Origin: Paramoeba atlantica
Taxonomy: Eukaryota > Protista > Discosea
Assembly: GCA_977017575.1 (NCBI GenBank)
Contig: CDRNVI010000145.1
Span: forward strand, 1-64,000
Length of the DNA: 64,000 bases
Direction of reading: 5' to 3'
Part shown: positions 51,625 through 64,000 of the stretch, one piece after another
How positions within the stretch are numbered: position 1 is the stretch's first letter
How the letters are laid out: each line of letters begins with the position of its first letter
Notes under the pieces: model-generated
What the model saw: the letters and a program-made list of their open reading frames with translations, nothing else
Database searches by the model: none
Told to the model about the DNA's origin: nothing
Made by a program: the position numbers and the translations under genes

Positions 51625-54600
51625 TTAATCCATTCGAGCTTTTTTGAATTCAATTTCATCACCACCAAAACCACATTCATCTCCAATCTTTCTCTTTTTA
51701 CTTTCTCTTTCTTCTCCTTCTTCTCTTTGTTCTTCTCCTTCTCCTTCTTCTTCTTCTCCTCCTTCTCTTTGTTCTTCTTCTTTTCCATTTGATTCAATCT
51801 TTTCATTCCCTTCTCGTTTTGCAGGTTTAATTGAACCATCAATGTGAATGTATTCCTATCCAAAAATTGTGTTTCAATTCTTTTTGCGAATTTCAAAAAT
51901 AATGAGAAAAAGAAAAAGAAAAACCTTAAAAAACTTCTTCACTTGTTGATAGGAGGTGATGTCTGCTGGTGTTTGTCCCTAAAATATTTTAAAATATCAA
52001 AAAAAAGAGATTCATCAAAAAAAATAAATCAATAAATCAAAGAAAAATGAACCAAGTTATTTTTGATTTCAGGATCAGCACCATGTTCACACAAAAGTTT
52101 CACCATCTCCAACTTACCCCCATGTGCAGCCAGATGGAGCGCAGTATCCCCATCCTATCATTTTGGGTTGAATGAATTGTTCCCAAAGAGTACCCCAAAA
52201 ACAAAGAAATGTGAAAAACCTCATTTGTTTTGTTGATTTCAGCACCATTTTGCAACATAAATAAAACAACCTCATTGGTTGACCCAAAATGTTGAAATTG
52301 GATAAGAGCCATGAGAGGAGTGCGACTCTTTGAAAAAAAAAATGATTAAAATGATACTCAAAAACACCCATTCAAAAAAATCAAATGAGAAAATACTTGA
52401 TAGATTTCATTTACATCTGCTCCATTTTCAACTAAGAGCTTAACAACTGGTAAAGTAGCAGAATAAGAACCACAAACTTGATGAAGAATACTCTGTCCCT
52501 GTTTTCCCAAAACCAAATTGATGGTAAATTGAAAGAAAGAAAAAAAAGAAAGAAAAGAAGAGAGAGGATTGTTTTGAGGAAAGTTATCAAAAAAACCAAC
52601 AAACTTGAACAATGATATGTGCTCCATTTTGTAATAATAATTTTGCAATATCCACATTGTTGTTTCGACATGCAAGAGCCAGAGGTGGTCGACCATGCTG
52701 TGGTGACATGAGAATTTGAAAAAGACAAAGAGAAAAGAAATTTCAAAGTTTTTGGAAGAAAAAGAAAAAAAAAAAAGAAAAAAGAGAATACAAATTGAAC
52801 TCCATTGATTGGACAATTTTTAGAAATCAAAAATTGAGCCAAATCAAATTTCCCATTTTCACTTGCAAAACATAAAGGTCCAACATTCAATTCCTGGTGT
52901 GTGTGTGGAGATCAAAAAAGGTAAGAAAAAGGGGAGGTGGGGTGGTGAATTGTCAATATTGTGTTGAAAACAGAAAAAAATGTTCACAAATAAAAAAAAA
53001 TACCTCTTTCATATTCTCCAATAAATAAGAGATTACATCCATGTGACCCCCTTGACATGCCAACACAAGACCATCACTGTTCCCAACTTGAAGTTGAGCA
53101 CCATGTTTTGTGAAGAAAGAAACAATTTTAAGGTCTCCTAATTTACATGCAATGTGAAAGGGGTTCTGCCTCTGGAACAATTTTTAGAGAAAAAAATTTT
53201 TTTATCATTTTTGTCATTTTGACAACAATAAAAAAATCAAAAAGAGAGAAAACAGACAGGATTTTGAAAATTGATTGAAGCACCTCTTTCCACCAATAAA
53301 GTAATAATGTCAAAATGACCTCCCTCAGTTGCCTCACACAAAGCTGTCTTTCCCTTTTTTTTTCACAAAAGTTGATTTCAATAAACAAAGAAATCTCAAA
53401 CAAGAGAAAAGAAAAAAAGAAAAAAACCTGGTTTCCTGGTTGATCAATCTGAAGATCTTCTATTTTCAAAAAAGTTTTGACAATCTCTAAATTCCCTTTT
53501 TGACAAGCAACATGAAATGGAGACATTCGATACTAAAATGATAAAAGGGCAAAATAAAATTTCGTAAATTCCTCTTCCTCACCTCCAACACAAATAAACA
53601 CAAGACATTCAAAAAATAAAAATAAAATATTTTTCAGATTTCCAAATTAAAAAAAAAATAAAAAAAAAAATAAAAAAAAAACAGACATTATCTCTAAAAT
53701 TGATTGAAGCACCTCCTTCCACCAATAAAGTAATAATGTCAAAATGACCTCCCTCAGTTGCCTCAAACAAAGCTGTCTTTCCCTTTTTTTTCAAAATCAT
53801 TAAAGAAATCTCAAACAAGAGAAAAGAAGAAAAGAAAAAACCTTTTTTCCTTGTTGATCAATCTGAAGATCTTTTATTTTCAAAAAAGTTTTGACAATCT
53901 CTAAATTCCCTTTTTGACAAGCAACATGAAATGGAGACATTCGATACTAAAATGACAAAAGGACAAAATAAAATTTCGTCAATTCCTCTTTCTCCCCCTC
54001 CCCCCTCCAACATAAATATAAAGACAAGACATTCAAAAAATAAAAAAAAAATAAAAAAGAGAAAACAGACATTATCTCTAAAATTGATTGAAGCACCTCT
54101 TTCCACCAATAAAGTAATAATGTCAAAATGACCTCCCTCAGTTGCCTCAAACAAAGCTGTCTTTCTCTTTTTTTTTCACAAAAGTTGATTTCAATAAATC
54201 ATCAAAGAAATCTCAAACAAGAGAAAAGAAAAACCTGCCTTCCTCGTTGATCAATCTGAAGATCTTCTATTTTCAAAAAACTTTTGACAATCTCTAAATT
54301 CCCTTTTTGACAAGCAATATGCCATGGAGACATTTGATCCTAAAATGACAAAAGGACAAAATAAAATTCATAAATTCCTCTTTCTCCCCTCCCCCCTCCA
54401 ACATAAATATAAAGAAGAGACATTCAAAAAATAAAAACATACTTTTGAAGGAATATTTGGATGAGCACCCTTTTCAAGAAGGAAATGAACCATTTTGATA
54501 TCATCCTCCAAAACTGCAACACATAAAGGACTCCAACTCTACCAAAAAGAGGTGAATGAAAGGAAATCTCTTTTGTTTCAGAAATCAATTGTGAAAACTT

Positions 54601-55769
54601 TGAAAAATGAGAAAGAGAAAAAAAAGGGGTGTGGAAGAAAAAAATAACATCATGGAAAGAAAAGTTGATATTTGCGCCTTTGTTGATCAATAATTGTGCC
54701 ATTTCAAAATCCCCTCTTTTACAAGCACAACAAAAAGAAGTTTCTCCTTCCTGTTCCCCCCAAAAATAAAAGATTAGTTTTTTTTATGAAAACCTCCAAA
54801 AAAACATTCAAAAAAACTTTACTTTTGTTGACCAATCCACTTTTGCTTTGTTATCAATCAAAAGATTTGCCATTTTAATGTCTCCCCTTTCACAACAAAG
54901 CCACAAAGGGCTTTTCCCTCCCTGTTCAAACAAAATGATCATTTTCAAAAAACAAATAATAACTTCCAAAAAAAATGGAAAGAGGAATCTAAAAATTGAT
55001 TTGATATGAGGGAGAGAAAGAGAGAGGAAGAAAGAAAGAGAGAAAGAAAGAGAGAGAAACTGTTGTTGTTTGATCTACTGTGGCTCCTTTTTCAATCAAA
55101 AATTTGGCAATTTCAAAATATCCTTTTTCACAAACTGAAGATAATGCAGTCTTCTTTGGCTTTTGCTACAATCAAATAAAAATAAAAGAAGAAGAATTGA
55201 GTTGAACACACACCCACAACAATCAATAAGAAAAAATATGATTAGAAAAAAAAGAGAGATGATTTACTGAAAGCGGATGAAGAGAAGAGCCTTTCTCAAA
55301 AAGAAACTGAACTATTTCAAGATTCCCAAATTCACAAGCAATAATCAATGGATCTGATCCACCCTTCAAAAAACAAAACAAAAGAGACAATCAACCATCA
55401 AAATTTTTAAAATTTATTTTTTTTTTGAGAAAAAGAAAGAGAAAAAAACCTGAGCAACTCTCTCAAGGGAAGCACCATTTTCAATCAACAAAGTGATCAT
55501 CTTTAAGTCTCCTTTTTGGCATGCTCTCATCAAAGGAGTAATCCCTTTCTTTTCTCAAAACTTTCAAATCAATATCACAACTCAACACACACACAGAGAG
55601 ACACAGAATCATCACCAGAGAGGATAATGATGATAAAAAAAGAAGAAAAGAAGATGATCACCTGGTGTCTTGGAGCTTGATTGACATCAACTCTCCGACT
55701 CAAAAGAAGTTGTTTGACCTTTTCACAATCTCCCCCTCCCACAGCTTCAAACAATTGGTGATTTGCCAT
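51625..55769 (-). CDS. Ankyrin repeat protein, copy E, with a triplicated exon pair (4 extra repeats)
   Basis: ATG 55769 MANHQLFEAVGGGD; SP[W/F]H[I/V]ACQKGNLEI and KTALFEATEGGHF exon pair occurs three times in 53255-54345; stop at 51625-51627. Confidence 0.85.
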
Positions 55770-55999
55770 TTCCCTCTCTCTCTCTTTCTCTCTTTCTCCT
55801 CTCACCCCAAAAAAACAAACTTTTCACCAAAGACACACCAAACCCGAAAAGAGGAAAATGGCAAGTTGCTCCTTTCTGTTTAGAAAACTAAATTTAGCCA
55901 TTTTCATAATTTCCTCTTCTTTTTGATTTTCATTTTCTCTCTCTTTGTTTTGAAATTGTCACCTTCTTCTTTATTTTTCTATTTTATTATTTCCCCCTC

Positions 56000-56176
56000 G
56001 TTGAAGTCTTGAATGTTCCACAAAATATTCCCATGACAAACAATGAATCCGGAAATCACTTTTCTGGATCGCCAAACAACTTTCTGAGAAAATTTCCTTC
56101 ACCGAAACCCCATCAAAACCGAATAATAAATCATTTCATTTTTCCCATTTCATTTGCTCGAGGAATTAACGCCGAA
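56000..56176. other. Unique 177-bp insert flanked by ~24-bp direct repeats in the F-E spacer
   Basis: tttctattttattatt(t)ccccctc at 55976-55999 and 56177-56201; the insert is absent from other spacers. Confidence 0.7.
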
Positions 56177-56269
56177 TTTCTATTTTATTATTTTCCCCCT
56201 CTTCTCCCCCACCCCACCACCCCAAATAAAATAAACAATTTCTTTTTTGAAAAAAGAAGATTTCCTTTT

Positions 56270-59200
56270 TCAATTTTGTGGAGGCGAATCCATTCGAGGT
56301 TTTTTGAATTCAATTTCATCATCACCAAAACCACATTCATCTCGAATCTTTCTCTTTTTACTTTCTCCTTCTTCTCCTTTTTCTCCTTCTCTTTGTTCTT
56401 CTCCTTGTTCTTCTCCTTCTCTTTGTTCTTCTTTTCCATTTGATTCAATCTTTTCATTCCCTTCTTGTTTTGCAGGTTTAATTGAACCATCAATGTGAAT
56501 GTATTCCTATCCAAAAATAGTGTTTCAATTCTTTGGGAAATTTCAAAAAGAATGAGGAAAAGAAAAAGAAAAAGAAAAACCTCCAAAAACTTCTTCACTG
56601 GTTGATAGGAGGTGATGTCTGCTGGTGTTTGTCCCTAAAATATTTAAAAATATCAGAAAAAAGGGATTCCTAAAAAAAGAGATTCATCAAAAAAATAAAT
56701 CAATCAAATCAAAGAAAAATGAACCTGATTATTTTTGATTTCAGGATCAGCACCATATTCACACAAAAGTTTCACTATCTCCAATTCACCCCTACTTGCA
56801 GCCACATGGAGCGCAGTCCTCCCATCCTACCATTTTGGGTTGAATGAATTGTTCCCAAAGAGTACCCCAAAAAACAAAGAAATGTGAAAAACCTCATTTG
56901 TTTTGTTGATTTCAACACCATTTTTCAACATAAAAAAAACAATCTCATGGGTTGACCCAAAATGTTGAAATTGGATAATGGTCATGAGAGGAGTGCGACC
57001 CTTTGAAAAAAAAAGATTTAAAATGATACTCAAAAACACCCATTCAAAAAAAATCAAATTAGAAAATACTTGATAGATTCCATTTACATCTGCTCCATTT
57101 TCAACTAAGAGCTTAACAGCTCGTAAATTAACAGAATAGGAACCACAAACTTGATGAAGAATACTCTTTCCCTGTTTTTCCAAAACCAAATTGATGGTAA
57201 ATTGAAAGAAAAAAAAGAAAGAAAAGAAAGAAAGAAAGAAAAGAGAGGATTGTTTTGAAGAAAGTTATCAAAAAACCAATAAACTTGAACAATGAGATGT
57301 GCTCCATTTTGTAATAATAATTTTGCAATATCCACATGGTGGTGTATACAGGCAAGAGTCAGAGGTGATTGACCATGCTGTGGTGATGAGACTTTGAATA
57401 AGACAAAGAGAAAAGAAATTTCAAAGTTTTTGAAAAAAAGAAAGAAAAAAAGAAAATACAAAGAAGTTAGTGTGAACTCCATTGATTGGACAATTTTTAG
57501 AAATCAAAAATTGAGCCAAATCAAATTTCCCTTTTTCACTTGCAAAACATAAAGGTCCAACATTCAATTCCTGGGGTGTGTGGAGATAAAAAAGGTAAAA
57601 AAAGGGGGTAGTGAGTTGTGAATATTGTGTTGAAAACAGAGAAAATTGTATCCTAATAAAAAAATACCTTTTTCATATTCTCCAATAAATAAGAGATTAC
57701 ATCCATGTGACCCTCTTGACATGCCAACACAAGACCATCACTGTTCCCAACTTGAAGTTGAGCACCATGTTTGGTGAAGAAAGAAACAATTTTAAGGTCT
57801 CCTAATTTACATGCAATGTGAAAGGGGGTATGTGAGGTCCACTGTAACAATTTTTAGAGAAAGAAATTTGAAAATCAAAGTTTTTTCATTTTTCCAAAAA
57901 AATCAAAAAAAGAAAAGAGACTTGGTTTTGAAAATTGATTGAAGCACCTCTTTCCACCAATAAAGTAATAATGTCAAAATGACCTCCCTCAGTTGCCTCA
58001 CACAAAGCTGTCTTTCCCTTTTTGTTTCACAAATGTTGATTTCAATAAATCATCAAAGAAATCTCAAACAAGAGAAAAGAAAAAACCTCATTTCCTTGTT
58101 GATCAATCTGAAGATCTTCTATTTTCAAAAAAGTTTTGACAATCTCTAAATTCCCTTTTTGACAAGCAACATGCCAAGGAGACATTCGATCCTAAAATGA
58201 AAAAGGACAAAAGAGAGTCCATCAATTCCTCTTCCTCCCCTCCCCCCTCCAACATAAATATCAAGAGAGACATTCAAAATAAAAACATACTTTTGAAGGA
58301 ATATTTGGATTAGCACCCTTTTCAAGAAGGAAATGAACCATTTTGATATCATTCTCCAAAACTGCAAAACATAAAGGACTCCAACTCTACCAAAAAGAGA
58401 TGAAAATATTTAAACTGAGTTCTTTTTTTCAAACATTTTGAAAGTTGAGAAAGAGAAAAAAATAACAATGGGTGTGGGAGAAAAAACACCTCGTTGTAAA
58501 GAAAAGTTGATATTTGCGCCTTTGTTGATCAAAAATTGTGCCATTTCAAAATCCCCTCTTTTGCAAGCACGACACAAAGAAGTTTCTCCTTCCTGCCCCC
58601 CCCCGCCCCAAAAAAAGAAGATGGGTAAAGATTAGTTTTTCTTGTGAAAATATTCAAAAAACTGAAGAAAAAACTTTACATTTGTTGACCAATCTACTTT
58701 TGCTTTGTTGTCAATCAAAAGATTCGCCATTTTAATGTCTCCTCTTTCACAACAAATCCACAAAGGACTTTCACCTCCCTGTTCAAACAAATAATAACTT
58801 ACAAAAAATGGAAAGGAAATCTAAAAATTAATTTGACATGAGGAGAGAGAAAGAAAGAGAGAAACTGTCTTTGTTTGGTCCACTTTGGTTCCTTTTTCAA
58901 TCAAAAATTTGGCGATTTCAGAGTGTCCTTTTTCACAAACTGAAGATAATGCAGTCTGATTTGGTTTTTGCTACAATCAAATAAAAATAAAAGAAGATGA
59001 ATTGAGTTGAATACACAACAACAATCAATGAAAAAATGTGATGCAAAAAAAAGATGATTTACCGAAATTGGCTCAAGAGAAGAGCCTTTCTCAAAAAGAA
59101 ACTGAACTATTTCAAGATTCCCAAATTCACAAGCAATAATCAATGGATCTGATCCATCCTTCAAAAACCATAACAACAGAGACAATCAATTAAACTTTCT

Positions 59201-59571
59201 TTCCCAAAAAAAAAATCAAAAAGAGAGAAAAGAGAAAAAAGAAAGAGAGAAAAACCTCAGCATGACTCTTGAGCGAAGCACCATTTTCAATCAACAAAGT
59301 AATCATCTTTAAGTCTCCTTTTTCACATGCTCTCATCAAAGGAGTAATCCCTTTCTTTTCTCAAAACTTTCAGATCAATATCACAACTCAACACACACAC
59401 AGAGACACAGAATCATCACCAGAGAGGATGATGAGATGAAAAAGAAGAAAAGAAGATGATCACCTGGCGTCTTGGAGCTTGATTGACATCCACTTTTTGA
59501 TTCAAAAGGAGTTGTTGAACCTTTTCACAATCTCCCCCTTCCACAGCTTCAAACAATTGGAGGTCTGCCAT
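56270..59571 (-). CDS. Ankyrin repeat protein, copy F
   Basis: ATG 59571 MADLQLFEAVEGGD; same exon series; TGA at 56270-56272. Confidence 0.85.
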
Positions 59572-59939
59572 TTCCCTCTCTCTCTTTCTCTTTCTCCTCT
59601 CACTCAAAAAAAAAACTTCTCAAACCAAAAGAGAGAAAAAGAGGAAAACTAAATTTAGCCATTTTCTCCCTCTCTCTCTTTCTTTGCTTTATTTTTGTCA
59701 CCTTCAGTTTTTGAGTTTTCTCTTTTATTATTTCCCCCTCTCCCCCCCACACCCAAATAAAATAAACAATTTCTTTTAAAATTTTTATTCCATCGCCAAG
59801 GGTAAAGATTTAAGGGAAAAGGTTCGAGAAGAGGAGAGTGGGAAATAATTTTCCCCCTCTTCCCCCTCTCCATCACCCCAAATAAAATAAACAATTTCTT
59901 TTTGAAAAAAGAAGATTTCCTTTTTCAATTTTGTGGAGG

Positions 59940-62900
59940 TTAATCCATTCGAGGTTTTTTGAATTCAATTTCATCACCAAAACCACATTCATCTCGAACC
60001 TTTCTCTTTTTACTCTCTCTTTCTTCTCCTTCTTCTCCTTCTCTTTGTTCTTCTTTTCCATTTGATTCAATCTTTTCATTCCCATCTCGTTTTGCAGGTT
60101 TAATTGAACCATCAATGTGAATGTATTCCTATTCAAAAATTGTGTTTCAATTCTTTGCGAAATTTCAAAAATAATGAGGAAAAGAAAAAGAAAAAGAAAA
60201 ACCTTCAAAAACTTCTTCATTTGTTGAGAGTAGGCGAAGTGTGCTGGTGTTTGTCCCTAAAATATTTTGAAAATAGTAAAAAAAGAGATTCATCAAAAAA
60301 ATAAATCAATCAAATCAAAGAAAAATGAACCTGCTTATTTTTGATTTCAGGATCAGCACCATGTTCACACAAAAGTTTCACCATCTCCAATTCACCCCTA
60401 CTTGCAGCCAGATGGAGCGCAGTATTCCCACCCTATCATTTTGGGTTGAATGAATTGTTCCCAAAGAGTACCCCAAAAAACAAAGAAATGAGAAAAACCT
60501 CATTTGTTTTGTTGATTTCAACACCATTTTTCAACAAAAATAAAACAATCTCTCTGATTGTCTGAAATTGTTGAAATTGGAGAAGAGTCATGAGAAGAGT
60601 GCGACCCTTTGAAAAAAAAAATGATTAAAATGATACTCAAAAACACCCATTCAAAAAAAAATCAAATTAGAAAAAATACTTGATAGATTTCATTTACATC
60701 TGCTCCATTTTCAACTAAAATCTTAACAACTGGTAAAGTAACAGAATAGGAACAAACTTGATGAAGAATACTCTTTCCCTGTTTTTCCAAACCAAATTGA
60801 TGGTAAATTGAAAGAAAGAAAAGAAAAAAAAAAAAGAAAGAAAAAAGAGAGAGGACTTGAACAATGATATGTGCTCCATTTTGTAATAATAATTTTGCAA
60901 TATCCACATTGTTGGAGGTACATGCAAGAGCCAGAGGTGATTGACCCTCCTGTGGTGACATGAGAATTTTGAAAAAGACAAAGAGAAAAGAAATTTCAAA
61001 TTTTTTGGAAGAAAAAGAAAAAAAAAAAAGAAAAAAAGAGAATACAAATAAGTTAGTGTGAACTCCATTGATTGGACAATTTTTAGAAATCAAAAATTGA
61101 GCCAAATCAAATTTCCCATTTTGACTTGCAAAACATAAAGGTCCAACATTCAATTCCTGGTGTGTGTGTGTGTGGAGATCAAAAAAGGTATGAAAAAAAG
61201 GGGAGGTGGGGTGGTGAATTGTAAATATTGTGTTGAAAACAGAAAAATTGTATCCTAATAAGAAAAAATACCTCTTTCGTATTCTCCAATAAATAAGAGA
61301 TTACATCCATGTTACCCCCTTCACATGCACGGACAAGACCATCACTGTTCCCAACTTGAAGTTGAGCACCATGTTTGGTGAAGAAAGAAACAATTTTAAG
61401 ATTTCCTAATTTACATGCAATGTGAAAGGGGTTATGAATCCTCTGTAATAATTTTGAGAGAGAAAAATTTTAAAATCAGAGTTTTTTTCATTTTGACAAT
61501 TAAAAAAAATCAAAAAGAGAAAACAGACTTGATTTTCAAAATTGATTGAAGCACCTCTTTCCACCAATAAAGTTATAATGTCAAAATGACCTCCCTCAGT
61601 TGCCTCACACAAAGCTGTCTTTCCCTTTTTGTTTCACAAAAGTTAATTTCAAAGAAATCATCAAAGAAATCTCAAACAAGAGAAAAGAAAAAAAGAAAAC
61701 CAGATTTCCTTGTTGATCAATCTGAAGATCTTCTATTTTCAAAAAAATTTTGACAATCTCTAAATTCCCTTTTTGACAAGCAATGTGAAAGGGAGACATT
61801 CGATCCTAAAATGACAAAAGGACAAAATAGAATTCATAAATTCCTCTTTCTCCCCTCCCCCCTCCAACATAAATATCAAGAGAGACATTCAAAAAATAAA
61901 AACATACTTTTGAAAGAATATTTGGATTAGCACCCTTTTCAAGAAGGAAATGAACCATTTTGATATCATTCTCCAAAACTGCAAAACATAAAGGGCTCCA
62001 ACTCTACCAAAAAGAGATGAAAATATTTAAACTGAGTTCTTTTTTTCAAACATTTTGAAAGTTGAGAAAAAGAAAAAATAACAATGGGTGTGGGAGAATA
62101 AACATCTCGTTGCAGAGAAAAGTTGATATTTGCACCTTTGTTGATCAAAAATTGTGCCATTTCAAAATCCCCTCTTTTACAAGCACAACACAAAGAAGTT
62201 TCTCCTTCCTGTCCCCCCAGCCCCAAAAAAAAGAAGAAGATTGGTAAAGATTAGTTTTTTTTTTGTGAAAACATTCAAACGAAAAGAATCAAAATTTTAC
62301 ATTTGTTGACCAATCCACCTTTGCTTTGTTGTCAATCAAAAGGTTTGCCATTTCAAAGTCTCTCCTTTCACAACAAATCCACAAAGGGCTTTTCCCTCTC
62401 TGTTCAAACAAAATGATCATTTTAAAAAAAATGGAAACAGGAACCAATGAGGAGAGAAAAGAGAGAAAGAAAGAAAGAAAGAGAAACCATCGTTGTTTGA
62501 TCTACTTTGGCTCCTTTTTCAATCAAAAATTTGACAATTTCAAAATACCCTTTTTCACAAACTGAAGATAATGCAGTCTTCTTTCCTCCCCACTGGTAAA
62601 AAACACAACAATAATCAATGAAAAAATATGGGCAGAACTAAAAAAGAGAAAAATGATTGACTGATGACTGAGGAAGAGAATAGCCTTTCTCAAAAAGAAA
62701 TTGAACAATTTCAAGATTCCCAAACTCACAAGCGCAAATCAGTGGATCTGATCCATCCTTCAAAAACCATAACAACAGAGACAATCAATCATCAAACTTT
62801 TTTCCTCCCAAAAAAAGAGAATCTTTTTTGGAGAAAAAGAAAGAGAAAAAAACCTCAGCAGCAAGACTCTTGAGCGAAGCTCCATTTTCAATCAACAAAG

Positions 62901-63168
62901 TGATCATCTTTAAGTCTCCTTTTTCACATGCTCTCATCAAAGGAGTAATCCCTTTCTTTCTCAAAACTTTCAGATCAATATCACAACTCAACACACACAC
63001 AGAGACACATCATCACCAGAGATAATGATGATAAAAAAAAGAAGAAAAGAAGATGATCACCTGGTGTCTTGGAGCTTGATTGACATCCACTCTCCGACTC
63101 AAAAGAAGTTGTTTAACTTTTTCATAATCTCCCCCTTCCACAGCTTCAAACAATTGGTGATCTGTCAT
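59940..63168 (-). CDS. Ankyrin repeat protein, copy G
   Basis: ATG 63168 MTDHQLFEAVEGGD; same exon series; TAA at 59940-59942. Confidence 0.85.
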
Positions 63169-63474
63169 TTCCCTCTCTTCTCTCTTTCTCTTTCTCTCTC
63201 TCACCCAAAAAAACAAACTTTTTAACCAAAGACACACCAAAACCGAAAAGAGAAAAAGAGGAAAACGGCAAACTTGCTCCTTTCTTTTTTAGAAAACTAA
63301 ATTTAGCCCTCTTTTTGATTTTCATTTTCTCTCTTTCTTTTGTTCTGAAATTGTCACTGGATGTTTATTTTTCTATTTTATTATTTTCCCCTCTCCCCCC
63401 ACACCACCACCCCAAATAAAAATAAACAAATTCTTTTTGAAAAAAGAAGATTTCCTTTTTCAATTTTGTGGAGG

Positions 63475-64000
63475 TTAATCCATTCGAGGTTTTTTGAATT
63501 CAATTTCATCATCACCAAAACCACATTCATCTCCAATCTTTCTCTTTTTACTTTCTCTTTCTTCTCCTTCTTCTCTTTGTTCTTCTCCTTCTCCTTCCCC
63601 TTCTTCTCCTTCTTCTCTTTGTTCTTCTTCTTTTCCATTTGATTCAATCTTTTCATTCCCTTCTCGTTTTGCAGGTTTAATTGAACCATCAATGTGAATG
63701 AATTCCTATTCAAAAAATTGTGTTTCAATTCTTTGAGAATTTCAAAAAGAATAAGGAAAAGATTTAAAAAACCTTCAAAAACTTCCTCACTGAGTGATAG
63801 TAGGTGGTGTCTGCTGGTGTTTGTCCCTAAAATATTTTGAAAATATCAAAAAAAAGAGATTCATCAAAAAAAATAAATCAATAAATCAAAGAAAAATGAA
63901 CCTGCTTATTTTTGATTTCAGGATCAGCACCATGTTCACACAAAAGTTTCACCATCTCCAACTTCCCCCCATGTGCAGCCAGATGGAGCGCAGTACTTCC
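63475..64000 (-). CDS. Ankyrin repeat protein, copy H, 3' part only
   Basis: Last three exons (..VKLLCEHGADPEIK, GQTPADTT, acidic tail); TAA at 63475-63477; the 5' part lies outside the window. Confidence 0.8.

Noticed and set aside
1-64000. tRNA, rRNA or prokaryotic operon/defence system
   Set aside because: No cloverleaf or rRNA-like segment noticed by eye; genes are spliceosomal-intron-rich and eukaryotic.

Overview
AT-rich, intron-dense eukaryotic DNA (standard code, GT-AG introns, polyT/GA-rich introns; a protist is my inference, taxon not determined). Most short ORFs in the track are exon fragments or microsatellite noise, so I assembled genes by hand from splice sites and reading phase. 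Four blocks: (1) a minus-strand tandem array of four RasGEF (REM + CDC25) genes (1-11079 and 19624-22335). (2) Between RasGEF copies 3 and 4, an ~8 kb transposon-like unit. It has a single-exon TET/JBP-type 2OG-Fe(II) dioxygenase (+) lying tail-to-tail with an 11-exon minus-strand gene whose exons join in phase into one >=1601-aa protein: P-element-type DDE transposase, C2H2 finger, DEDDh 3'-5' exonuclease, KE-rich linker and Ulp1/SENP (C48) protease, all with intact catalytic residues. This is the best candidate for an undescribed system. (3) A ~4567-aa, probably secreted, acidic protein built from ~103 40-aa 'NGGTG...ARxNLxLG' units resembling phage tail-fibre repeats (23273-37299). (4) A minus-strand array of 7 complete and 1 partial ankyrin genes with about one exon per repeat (37680-64000). 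No TIRs/TSD, rRNA, tRNA or CRISPR could be supported. All family assignments are from motif recognition, not database searches.
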